NCBI GenBank assembly: GCA_041158765.1
Contig: JBEBAU010000018.1
Location: 2,557 to 66,556, forward strand
Reading direction: 5' to 3'
Source of the DNA: Candidatus Parcubacteria bacterium
GTDB lineage: Bacteria; Patescibacteriota; Minisyncoccia; Phycocordibacterales; PALSA-1337
DNA: 64,000 bases
Shown: positions 38,854-47,700 of the stretch, one piece after another
Layout: each line of letters opens with the position of its first letter
How positions within the stretch are numbered: the first letter of the stretch is position 1
The notes under the pieces: model-generated
Told to the model about the DNA's origin: nothing
The model's input: the letters and a program-made list of their open reading frames with translations, nothing else
Databases searched by the model: none
Program-made: the position numbers and the translations under genes

Positions 38854-38940
38854 TTGTGCCATTTTTATTATCTGATATACTGTTTATACAGTGGCCTTTG
38901 GGCTCCGAGATTCCCCGCTTCACGGCGGGGTTTCGTTTTG
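38854..38940 (+). ncRNA. Candidate small antisense RNA (promoter plus about 50 nt structured transcript) convergent with the pemK-like gene
   Basis: TTGTGC(38854-59)-16 nt-TATACT(38876-81) with TG extension; GC-rich hairpins GGCC-tttg-GGCT and CGAGA.CCCCGC-ttcacg-GCGGGGTTTCG then TTTT. Confidence 0.5.
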
Positions 38941-39345
38941 TATAACACCAAGCAGTATGAAGGATAATTTCGCTACTACTCGATAAAATGTGAGTACTTT
39001 GAGTCTAGAAATTTTACGAAGGAGGCGCTTGCTGCTAATAGTTCTAATTTGCGACAAGATGAGTTGTGAGGTGTCACCGGTGCTTTGAGTTGAAATCCGA
39101 TATTCACTATCAATAATCTTACTCGTGAAGGGGATTACCCACAGTATATCTTTGGTTACCTTTTTTAAGATAAGTACTGGCCGTTCAAAATTTTCATGTT
39201 TCCCGTCTTGTTCAGATCCTACGTTTACACCAAGTGCGCACCACCAGATTTCGCGTTCATGAAAGAAATCCTCGAATTTTTCAAGATCAAGTTTTTTTAT
39301 TCTCGTATTCCATGAGTCAAAATCTTTTATGTAGCTATTATTCAT
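38920..39345 (-). CDS. PemK/MazF-family endoribonuclease toxin (no adjacent antitoxin ORF)
   Basis: REIWWCALGVNVGSEQDGK...RPVLIL, VIPFTS, LSQIRTISSKRL. Confidence 0.9.
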   Translation of the reverse strand: MNNSYIKDFDSWNTRIKKLDLEKFEDFFHEREIWWCALGVNVGSEQDGKHENFERPVLILKKVTKDILWVIPFTSKIIDSEYRISTQSTGDTSQLILSQIRTISSKRLLRKISRLKVLTFYRVVAKLSFILLGVIQNETPP

Positions 39346-39463
39346 ATCTTTACTGTAACAAATAGATATGAAATCTTAATAAAAAATAAAATTGACAAGA
39401 TAGTGATATCTGTGTTAATTTCATTGGGAACTGACGGCAAACCAACAACCAAATTGAAAAACT

Positions 39464-39931
39464 ATGAGCGTAATGACTGCTGTGGATCTCGTAATGAATC
39501 CCAATCGGCCGCTTCTGGAAGCGTTCCTCGCGAATAACTTCCTTAAATTCCGGATTAACCCACGACTTCTTGATGAATCCAAATTCCCTCGGAATCCAGA
39601 ATTGAAGGTGGATCGCTTAATGGCGCATTTCTTCCAGTCGCCCGCTGGCTGTATGCTCGACGAGCTTCCCAAGGAAATGGCCGAACAGATGATGATTCGT
39701 CCGCCTGATGATATTCGCGAAGTTATTGCTCTCGGGAAAATCCTCAAAAATAACTGTGACTATTGGATCTACGCGCCCAAGATTACGGGTTCGACTGATT
39801 TGTTTCTTCGGATCATGCGTCACGATGAGTGGGCGGGTTATGGCATGACGATTTCGCGGCTTCTTGACGCTGAAAAGAATCTCTGGGACCTCGACCAGAT
39901 CGGGTTCTCGAATACGGGCACCGGAGCGTAA
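39464..39931 (+). CDS. Orphan hypothetical protein
   Basis: 155 aa, GC-richer ORF; TTGACA at 39392-97; A/C-rich leader; hairpin plus T-run downstream. Confidence 0.6.
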   Translation: MSVMTAVDLVMNPNRPLLEAFLANNFLKFRINPRLLDESKFPRNPELKVDRLMAHFFQSPAGCMLDELPKEMAEQMMIRPPDDIREVIALGKILKNNCDYWIYAPKITGSTDLFLRIMRHDEWAGYGMTISRLLDAEKNLWDLDQIGFSNTGTGA

Positions 39932-40037
39932 TTTTTACTACCTGCGTTTATCGCGGGTTTTTTCTTTTCTGGGGCTCAATATAGAGGGGAGGTTGCAAAA
40001 AAGCCCTGTATTTGGTACACTCTCCCCACATTATTTT

Positions 40038-40706
40038 ATGGAAAAAAAGATAGACAATATGTTCAAGGCCGGTGCACACTTTGCTTTTAGCAAGGCTCGC
40101 CGACACCCAACAGCAACGCCATACATTTTTGGCGTGAAGAATAAAGTAGAGATTTTTGATCTCGAAAAGACACATGCAATTCTCGACAAAGCACTCGCTT
40201 TTGTTTCATCTCTTGGAAAAGAAAAGAAGCCAATCCTTATTGTTGGAGGCAAATCAGAAGCTCGAAAGGCTGTTCGAGAAGCTGCAATGGCTCTTAATAT
40301 GCCATTTGTTGATGGACGATGGATTGGAGGTACCCTTACTAATTTCCCAGAAATTCGCCGCCGTGTTGAGAAGCTCGAGAAGCTTACTTCAGAACGAGAG
40401 AAGGGAGAACTTACCAAGTACACCAAGAAGGAGCGACTCCTTATTGATCGAGAGATTTCAAACCTCGAATATATGTTCTCAGGTATTGTTTCATTGAAAG
40501 GAATGCCAGCAGCTCTCATTGTTGTTGACCCAAAGAAAGAGCACATTGCTGTTAAGGAAGCTCAGGATAAGGGTATTCCTGTTATTGCTATTGCAGGATC
40601 AGATTGTAATCTCAATGAAGTTACATTCCCAATCATTGGTAATGATGCTTCACAGACAAGTATTGCATTCTTCGTGAATGAAATCGTAAAGGCATACAAA
40701 GCCTAG
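40038..40706 (+). CDS. rpsB: 30S ribosomal protein S2
   Basis: AGAHF, PYIFG, IFDLEKT, RWIGGTLTNF, AVKEA, IGND; true start 40038. Confidence 0.96.
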   Translation: MEKKIDNMFKAGAHFAFSKARRHPTATPYIFGVKNKVEIFDLEKTHAILDKALAFVSSLGKEKKPILIVGGKSEARKAVREAAMALNMPFVDGRWIGGTLTNFPEIRRRVEKLEKLTSEREKGELTKYTKKERLLIDREISNLEYMFSGIVSLKGMPAALIVVDPKKEHIAVKEAQDKGIPVIAIAGSDCNLNEVTFPIIGNDASQTSIAFFVNEIVKAYKA

Positions 40707-40786
40707 CCTATAGTCCGGTAATCGGACTTTGTGGTACAATTACTACACGTTTTCTTGTTCCATTTTATTTCATATTTTCTATTTAT

Positions 40787-41380
40787 ATGGCAACTATTAC
40801 AACAGATCAGGTGAAGGCGCTTCGAGATCAGACAGGTATTTCAGTTATGCAGTGTCGTAAGGCTCTCGAAGAAGCTGCTGGAGACATGGATAAGGCTCTC
40901 GTTATTCTTCGTAAGAAGTCTGGTGAACTTGCAGCCAAGAAGGGTGACCGTACATTTGCTGCGGGTGCTATTCAGGCATATGTTCATGCTACAGGACGTG
41001 TTGGAGCAATGGTTGAGCTTGTATGTGAAACAGACTTCGTTTCAGGTAATGAAGAATTCAAGGCTCTTGCACGAGATATTGCTATGCATGTTACTGCTTC
41101 AAATCCAAAGTTTTTGAAAAAGGATGACATTGATGCAACTGCACGAGAGACTGCTAAGTCAGTTTTCATGGAGGAGGTCAAATCAAAGCCAGCTGCAATG
41201 CAAGAGAAGATTCTTGAGGGCAAGCTCGCTACATACTTCGGTGAAATGGTTCTCTTGAATCAGCCGTTTATTAAGAACCCAGAGCTTACTATCGAAGCTC
41301 TTATTCAGGCTGCTATCCAAAAATTCGGCGAGAAGATAGAGGTTGCTCGATTTACGCGCTTCGCGGTACTTGAGAAGTAG
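40787..41380 (+). CDS. tsf: Elongation factor Ts (short form)
   Basis: VKALRDQTG..MQCRKAL, ELVCETDFV, LLNQPFIK. Confidence 0.96.
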   Translation: MATITTDQVKALRDQTGISVMQCRKALEEAAGDMDKALVILRKKSGELAAKKGDRTFAAGAIQAYVHATGRVGAMVELVCETDFVSGNEEFKALARDIAMHVTASNPKFLKKDDIDATARETAKSVFMEEVKSKPAAMQEKILEGKLATYFGEMVLLNQPFIKNPELTIEALIQAAIQKFGEKIEVARFTRFAVLEK

Positions 41381-41413
41381 CCAAGGCTCTGGTGTAGCCT
41401 ACGCACCACCACT

Positions 41414-41869
41414 ATGTTTGATTCAATGATACTTGTATTTTTCATCACACTCCTCGCAATCGTGGGGATGTTTGTATTGAAAGCAATTGAAATTCGCACA
41501 GGGAAGCAGTCAGTACTATCGAAGCTCGGTAAAAGCACCGATCAGCATGTACACAGTGCATATGATTCTGTTCGATACGTATTGAGTCATATGAATCGCA
41601 ATACTGCAGTGGCAGCTACTCAGTGGGTTGCAGTGCATGTATTGTCATGGCTCCGTGCTGTGTATATCAAGGCATATCACATTGCGCATCGACACCCACA
41701 TTCTAAGAAGGTTATTGATATGGTTCGTGGTAAGGGTGAGGTGAATCTCAATGGCGGTTCATCGTTTTTTTTGAAACAAATTGCGGGAGATAAGGCAACA
41801 GTTGTCGGTGCTGTCGCAGGGGACATGCCAGAGCCACGTCAGACAGTTGCTGAAATTGCAGAAAAATAG
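41414..41869 (+). CDS. Hypothetical protein with N-terminal TM helix
   Basis: 151 aa ORF in operon orientation; DMVRGKG...SSFFLK motif. Confidence 0.7.
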   Translation: MFDSMILVFFITLLAIVGMFVLKAIEIRTGKQSVLSKLGKSTDQHVHSAYDSVRYVLSHMNRNTAVAATQWVAVHVLSWLRAVYIKAYHIAHRHPHSKKVIDMVRGKGEVNLNGGSSFFLKQIAGDKATVVGAVAGDMPEPRQTVAEIAEK

Positions 41870-41918
41870 TAAGGTATAGGGGCGCACGAGTATACGTGCG
41901 CACTTTTGAAAAGTAAGT

Positions 41919-41994
41919 GCCATCTTAGCTCAGTTGGTAGAGCAACGCTTTTGTAAAGCGAAGGTCCCCAGTTCGAATCTGGGAGATGGCTCCA
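41919..41994 (+). tRNA. tRNA-Thr(TGT)
   Basis: Acceptor GCCATCT/AGATGGC, D-arm GCTC/GAGC, anticodon loop TTTGTAA, T-arm CCCAG-TTCGAAT-CTGGG, encoded CCA. Confidence 0.97.
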
Positions 41995-42014
41995 AGATTT
42001 GGTATAGTAGTTAC

Positions 42015-42749
42015 ATGAAAGGTCATCTTCATCCAATAACGCAGACTATCCGCGAACTCCAAACGATTTTTGCGGAGCTTGGTTTCAATGTGGCACAAGG
42101 TCCAGAACTCGAAACAGAATTCTATAACTTCGATGCACTCAATGTCCCGAAGGATCACCCAGCACGTGATATGCAGGATACATTTTGGATCAAACAAACA
42201 AAAGCAGATCGAGATGCAGGTGCTTCACGACAATTATTGCGAACACACACTTCTTCTGTTCAGATTCGATATATTCAAGAAAAGCTTGCTGCTCACATAA
42301 CGCCACCGTATCGAATTATTGTACCAGGCAAAGTTTTTCGTAATGAAGCAACTGATGCAAGTCACGAAGCGCAATTCTTTCAGATAGAAGGACTTTATGT
42401 TGATAAGAATGTATCACTTGCACAGCTCAAAGGTGTGCTTACTACAATGATGCAGAAGCTTTATGGAGAAGATGTAGCTATTCGATTCCGACCGAGCTTT
42501 TTCCCTTTCACTGAGCCTTCTGTTGAAGTAGATATGCTTTGGAAAAAGGGCGGTGAAGAGAAGTGGCTTGAAATGGGTGGAGCAGGTCTTGTTCATCCGA
42601 ATGTCTTGCGTGCCGCTGGTATTGATCCGAACGTTTGGTCGGGTTTTGCTTTTGGTTTTGGTCTTGATCGTCTGGTAATGCTCAAATACGGCATTGATGA
42701 TATTCGCTCTCTCTACAATGGTGATCTTCGTTTTGTGAATCAATTTTAA
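42015..42749 (+). CDS. pheS: Phenylalanine--tRNA ligase alpha subunit (catalytic core only)
   Basis: G.LHP, NFDALN.PKDHPARDMQDTF, LRTHTS, FRPSFFPFTEPS, GFAFG.G.DRL. Confidence 0.97.
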   Translation: MKGHLHPITQTIRELQTIFAELGFNVAQGPELETEFYNFDALNVPKDHPARDMQDTFWIKQTKADRDAGASRQLLRTHTSSVQIRYIQEKLAAHITPPYRIIVPGKVFRNEATDASHEAQFFQIEGLYVDKNVSLAQLKGVLTTMMQKLYGEDVAIRFRPSFFPFTEPSVEVDMLWKKGGEEKWLEMGGAGLVHPNVLRAAGIDPNVWSGFAFGFGLDRLVMLKYGIDDIRSLYNGDLRFVNQF

Positions 42750-42764
42750 TTACAAGCACTATTT

Positions 42765-44738
42765 ATGAAACTTTCACATACATGGCTTCAGACTTTTTTT
42801 GAAAAACCAATTCCTACGGCTTCAGAGCTCGCGGATCTTTTCACATTTCATTCATTTGAAATTGAAGGTGTTGAAAATGGAGTTATTGATGCGAAGATAT
42901 TACCTGATCGTGCACATTTCTGTCTTTCACACAAAGGCATTGCTGAAGAAATCAGTGTACTTACTGGACAATCTCTCAAACCAAATCGAATTCCTCAAGC
43001 ACCGGCAGCAACACTAGATATTAAGCCGGTAGTTACCATTACTGATACAGCATTCTGTAATCGCTATAGCGCTCGATATGTTGAAAATATACATATTGGT
43101 CCGTCTTCGGAGTGGATAAGCTCAATGCTCACTGCGCTTGGACAGCGTTCAATTAATACTATTGTTGATGCTACTAATATCAATATGTTCGATATTGGTC
43201 AGCCATTACATGCATTTGATGCAGACAAAATCCGCGGCAACATTGTTGTTCGAGCAGCAAAAGACGGCGAAGAAATGCAGCTTCTTGATGCACGTGATCC
43301 CAATGACCGTTCACCGAATGCAAAAGTCTTACCAGGAGTTTTCATCAAACTCACCTCGAATGATTTCGTTATTGCTGATGATGAAGGTCCACTTGCAATT
43401 GCTGGAGTGAAGGGTGGTAAGCGTGCTGGTGTAACTGCTGAAACAAAACGACTCGTAATTGAGGCGGCTCATTTCAATCCTGCTTGTGTACGTCGCACAT
43501 CTACTCGTCTTAATCTTCGTAATGAATCATCGAAGCGTTTTGAAAATGAAATTACTCCAGAGCTTGCCGCAGAGGGCATGAATAATATGTGTGCACTTAT
43601 TGCCGAAATGTGTCCAGAGGCACGATTTGGTCCAGTTGTTGATATATATCCAGTGAAGCCAACACAGACGGTTATTGAGCTTGACCCAGCTTTTGTGAAT
43701 CAGCGTCTCGGTATTGATATTCCCGAAAAAGCGATGAAAGACATTCTCGGTCGAATGAGCATTGGTGTGGCAGGTGAAAAGTCTTGGTCACTTACTATTC
43801 CATTTCATCGTCTTGATCTTACTTGTCGAGAAGACATTGTAGAAGAAATTGGTCGTGTGTATGGATATGAAAAGATTGTGAACACTCCATTACCACAGGC
43901 GTCTCTATCTGGTGTTAATGTGGAATTCTATATCACTGAAAAAATAAAAAATACACTCGTCGGCGAAGCGGGCTTTTCTGAAGTAATGCTCTATACGCTT
44001 GTTCCAAAGGGCGATCTTGAAGTCGCATATCCACTTGCTTCTGATAAGGCATATTTGCGTACGACACTTACACCACTCATGTTGAAGTCACTCGAAAGCA
44101 ATGCTCGTAATGCTGATCTACTCGGGCTTGAAGCTGTGAAGCAGTTTGAAATTGGACATATTTTCACAAAGAATGGCGGTTCTCAGGAATACATTTCACT
44201 TGCAATTGGTGCTGTTCAAGTAAAAAAGGTGAAAGGAGTAAAGAGCGAAATGATTGTTGCGGAGGCTTTCAATACGCTTTCGAAGGCGCTCGGTCTAGCG
44301 AGTGGTTCAGAGCTCAAACCTATTATGAAAACAGAAGGGAATTGTGTTGTTGGAGAAGTTGTTCTTGATAGCGCACTGTTAGCTGCGATAAAAACAGGAG
44401 TATACACCGATCTCGGTTTCAACAAAGCAATTGATATTGTGTACAAACCATTTTCAGTATATCCATTCATCGTTCGAGATATTGCACTCTTTGTTTCGGG
44501 AGGTGAGACTGCCGATGATGTGAAAAAAGCGATTGTTGCGGTCGTGGAGACTGCTGCAGGCAAGCTTCTTGTGAAAGGTCCAGATCTGTTCGACTCATTC
44601 TCAAAAGATGGCAAAACTTCGTATGCATTTCGCATGATATTCCAATCTGCCGATAGAACACTTTCAATTGATGAAATTAATGCCGTCATGGATACAGTCT
44701 ACGGAGCAGTCAAAGCAAAGGGTTGGGAGGTTCGATAA
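42765..44738 (+). CDS. pheT: Phenylalanine--tRNA ligase beta subunit (lacks B2 OB domain)
   Basis: PDR..CLS..GIA.E, GQPLHAFD, S.RFE, EDIVEEIGRVYGY, C-terminal FDX-ACB. Confidence 0.95.
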   Translation: MKLSHTWLQTFFEKPIPTASELADLFTFHSFEIEGVENGVIDAKILPDRAHFCLSHKGIAEEISVLTGQSLKPNRIPQAPAATLDIKPVVTITDTAFCNRYSARYVENIHIGPSSEWISSMLTALGQRSINTIVDATNINMFDIGQPLHAFDADKIRGNIVVRAAKDGEEMQLLDARDPNDRSPNAKVLPGVFIKLTSNDFVIADDEGPLAIAGVKGGKRAGVTAETKRLVIEAAHFNPACVRRTSTRLNLRNESSKRFENEITPELAAEGMNNMCALIAEMCPEARFGPVVDIYPVKPTQTVIELDPAFVNQRLGIDIPEKAMKDILGRMSIGVAGEKSWSLTIPFHRLDLTCREDIVEEIGRVYGYEKIVNTPLPQASLSGVNVEFYITEKIKNTLVGEAGFSEVMLYTLVPKGDLEVAYPLASDKAYLRTTLTPLMLKSLESNARNADLLGLEAVKQFEIGHIFTKNGGSQEYISLAIGAVQVKKVKGVKSEMIVAEAFNTLSKALGLASGSELKPIMKTEGNCVVGEVVLDSALLAAIKTGVYTDLGFNKAIDIVYKPFSVYPFIVRDIALFVSGGETADDVKKAIVAVVETAAGKLLVKGPDLFDSFSKDGKTSYAFRMIFQSADRTLSIDEINAVMDTVYGAVKAKGWEVR

Positions 44739-44842
44739 ATTTTATTATTTTTTGATAGGGATTTTATCTCGGATTGATATAGTAACTCTGTCGATATATT
44801 AGTAGTTAATTTTCAGGTGAAATTATGCTATATTCAGTATCA

Positions 44843-45058
44843 ATGAAGAGTAAAAAACTCCGTTTTGATGTCTTTTTTGAAAGTGGCTGGTATACAGCGT
44901 CATGTCTCGATGCGTTTATTGTTACGCAAGGGAAGACTTTCAAAGTGCTTGAGATGAATATTCGCGAGGCAGTTGAGTTGCATTTTGCTGATGAAATCAA
45001 AAAGAAGCTATTCAATCCAGTTATTTCCTTGAAGTACGTTTTGTCCGCGAATGCCTAA
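44843..45058 (+). CDS. HicB-like antitoxin (short)
   Basis: GWYTASC...IVTQGKT...NIREAVELHF; overlaps hicA-like ORF. Confidence 0.8.
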   Translation: MKSKKLRFDVFFESGWYTASCLDAFIVTQGKTFKVLEMNIREAVELHFADEIKKKLFNPVISLKYVLSANA

Positions 45059-45281
45059 ATTAAAAGTCTTGTCGTCAAAGGACATTACAAAAATGTTCAG
45101 TGATTTTGGATTTGAGCACATTAATACAAAAGGAAGTCATATACACATGAGATACAGAGGTATATTAGCCACAATTCCTCTAAGTGCAGAGATACCAAAA
45201 GGCACACTCAAGGCAATATATAGACAGGCTGCAATTGTAATTCCAAAAGCTGAACTTGATGCAATGTTTTATACAAAATAG
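45051..45281 (+). CDS. HicA-family mRNA interferase toxin
   Basis: PKLK.LS.KD....F..FGF...KGSH..M, TIP...EIPKGTL.AI.RQA. Confidence 0.85.
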   Translation: MPKLKVLSSKDITKMFSDFGFEHINTKGSHIHMRYRGILATIPLSAEIPKGTLKAIYRQAAIVIPKAELDAMFYTK

Positions 45282-45345
45282 CGCCTTTTCACTGGTTGTT
45301 TAATTTGGTATACTATTGAGACAAAATAAACAATAATAGAGCGAT

Positions 45346-47532
45346 ATGGCTGCTGAAAAAGAATCCAAAAAGAAAGACGATTACGGTGCTGATAGTATTC
45401 AGGTGCTCGAAGGGCTTGAACCGGTACGCAAGCGTCCCGGAATGTATATCGGTACGACTGGTCCAGACGGTCTTCACCATTTGATTTGGGAAATTTTTGA
45501 TAACTCTCGCGACGAAGCGATGGGTGGTTTTGCTAATGATATCGAAGTAGCTATTCTTCCAGGTAATCGTATTCGTGTAGTTGATAACGGTCGAGGTATT
45601 CCCGTTGATATTCACAAGAAGACCAAGGTCTCAGCACTTGAAATGGTTATGACCGTTCTCCATGCCGGAGGCAAATTCGGCGGTGAGGATAGCGGTTACA
45701 AGGTCTCAGGAGGTCTTCACGGAGTGGGTGCATCCGTTGTGAATGCACTTTCAGTCTATACACAAGTTCTTGTTCACAAAGAGGGTGGACTCTATATGCA
45801 GGAATATGAGCAAGGTAAGCGCCGTGCTCAAGTGAAGAAGATCGCTTCAACAAAAGCTCACGGAACCATTGTGACATTCGAGCCAGATCCTATTATTTTC
45901 AAAGAGGGTGTTATCTTCGATTTCAATCGTGTGGTCAATCATATGCGCCAGCAAGCATATCTTGTACGCGGTCTACGTATTGGTGTTATTGATGCGCGTG
46001 AAGCAAAAGAGGGGGTTTTCAGCAAACCAAACAAAGACGGTCGTGTAGATCTCGATACTGACATTTATTATCTTCGTGATCTTGGACTCAATGTTCCTTC
46101 ACATACGTTTTATTTTGAAGGTGGTCTCGCTTCACTTGTGAAATTCAACAATCAGATTCTCAAGCCTATTCACAAAAACATTTTCTATATTGAAAAGAAA
46201 GTAGAGGGTGTTGAATCTGTCGAAGTAGCACTTCAGTACGCAGATGATATTTCATCTCGTATTCTTGGATTTGCAAACAATATCTATAACCCAGAAGGAG
46301 GAACACATATTACCGGTTTCAAGACAGCACTCACTCGAACACTCAATTCATACGCCAAGAAGAATAATCTTGCTAAGGACGGTGAAGACAATTTCACTGG
46401 AGATGATGTTCTAGAAGGTCTCACTGCTGTTGTCTCTGTGAAGCTTCGTGAAATTCAATTCGAAGGTCAGACGAAGGCAAAGCTCGGTTCAGTCGAGGCA
46501 CAGTCTGCTGTTGCTACGGTTTTTGGAGAAGCATTCTCGGCTTTCCTAGAAGAGAATCCAGATGATGCCAAAGCAATGATTAGCAAGGTTATCCTTGCAA
46601 TGAAAGCACGCAAGGCAGCAAAAGCCGCAAAGGACTCAGTGCTTCGCAAGGGCGCACTTGAAGGCATGACACTTCCTGGTAAGCTTGCTGACTGTCAATC
46701 AAATGACGCTTCTGAATCAGAACTCTTCATTGTGGAGGGAGACTCTGCGGGAGGTACTGCAAAGACCGGTCGTGATCGACGAATTCAAGCGATCTTGCCG
46801 CTTCGAGGCAAAATTCTCAACATCGAACGTGCTCGACTTGATCGAATGCTCGGTTCTGAACAGATTAAGAATCTCGTGCTCGCATTCGGTACTGCAATTG
46901 GAGACACATTTGATATTAGTAAGCTCCGATATCACAAAATTATTCTAGCAACAGATGCCGACGTTGACGGAGCTCACATTCGCACATTGATTCTTACGCT
47001 TTTGTACCGATATTTCAAACCGCTTATTGAAGGAGGGTATGTATACATTGCTCAACCACCACTTTATAAGGTGAAGCGAGGCAAAGAGCTCCTCTATTAT
47101 TATTCTGAAGAAGAGAAGGTGAAAGCCCTCGGAAAGGAGATTGATAGCCTAAATGATATTTCAGGTATAGATGAAAGCGCAGTTGCGTACGATGATTCAC
47201 GCGAGCGCCTCCTCGATCGTGCTGGTGCCGACACTACTGTGGAGGCGCTCGACGGCGCTTCTGACACACTCTTTGGTGATGCGGCGACCGATGCGAAGGG
47301 TAAGAAGGGCAGCGGTAAGATTTCAATTCAACGATACAAGGGTCTCGGAGAAATGAATGCTGATGAGCTCTGGGAAACAACCATGGATCCAGAACGTCGC
47401 ATCCTTCGCCAAGTTACAATTGAAGATGCTCAGGATGCGGATAAGGTTTTTGATATGCTCATGGGAACTGACGTTCCTGCCCGCAAAATGTTCATCCAAT
47501 CTAATGCCAAGAAGGCATCTATTGATATCTAA
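45346..47532 (+). CDS. gyrB: DNA gyrase subunit B
   Basis: LEPVRKRPGMYIG, DNGRGIP, GGLHGVG, VEGDSAGG, PLRGKILN, TDADVDG, QRYKGLGEM. Confidence 0.97.
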   Translation: MAAEKESKKKDDYGADSIQVLEGLEPVRKRPGMYIGTTGPDGLHHLIWEIFDNSRDEAMGGFANDIEVAILPGNRIRVVDNGRGIPVDIHKKTKVSALEMVMTVLHAGGKFGGEDSGYKVSGGLHGVGASVVNALSVYTQVLVHKEGGLYMQEYEQGKRRAQVKKIASTKAHGTIVTFEPDPIIFKEGVIFDFNRVVNHMRQQAYLVRGLRIGVIDAREAKEGVFSKPNKDGRVDLDTDIYYLRDLGLNVPSHTFYFEGGLASLVKFNNQILKPIHKNIFYIEKKVEGVESVEVALQYADDISSRILGFANNIYNPEGGTHITGFKTALTRTLNSYAKKNNLAKDGEDNFTGDDVLEGLTAVVSVKLREIQFEGQTKAKLGSVEAQSAVATVFGEAFSAFLEENPDDAKAMISKVILAMKARKAAKAAKDSVLRKGALEGMTLPGKLADCQSNDASESELFIVEGDSAGGTAKTGRDRRIQAILPLRGKILNIERARLDRMLGSEQIKNLVLAFGTAIGDTFDISKLRYHKIILATDADVDGAHIRTLILTLLYRYFKPLIEGGYVYIAQPPLYKVKRGKELLYYYSEEEKVKALGKEIDSLNDISGIDESAVAYDDSRERLLDRAGADTTVEALDGASDTLFGDAATDAKGKKGSGKISIQRYKGLGEMNADELWETTMDPERRILRQVTIEDAQDADKVFDMLMGTDVPARKMFIQSNAKKASIDI

Positions 47533-47700
47533 TTAGCAAGAATCCCCGCAGTGCAACTTAGAGAGGTATTTACGGCTCTATTGAGCCGTATTTGCATAAA
47601 AAACCGAGTATCCTGGCTTTGTAAGGGTATTCCACTCGAGACCCCTTGACTTTTTCCGAGATATGATATACAATGGTCCCATACTATTTATTCAAAAAAC

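Noticed and set aside
39864-40037. N-terminal extension of S2
   Set aside because: Spans the upstream gene end, terminator and promoter; conserved S2 begins at 40038.
41882-41901. GCGCACG-agtata-CGTGCGC palindrome before tRNA-Thr as an integration scar
   Set aside because: No duplicated tRNA end or integrase was seen in the window; more simply a leader or processing hairpin.
41934-42014. N-terminal extension of PheS in the ORF track
   Set aside because: It is the tRNA-Thr gene translated; the real start is 42015.
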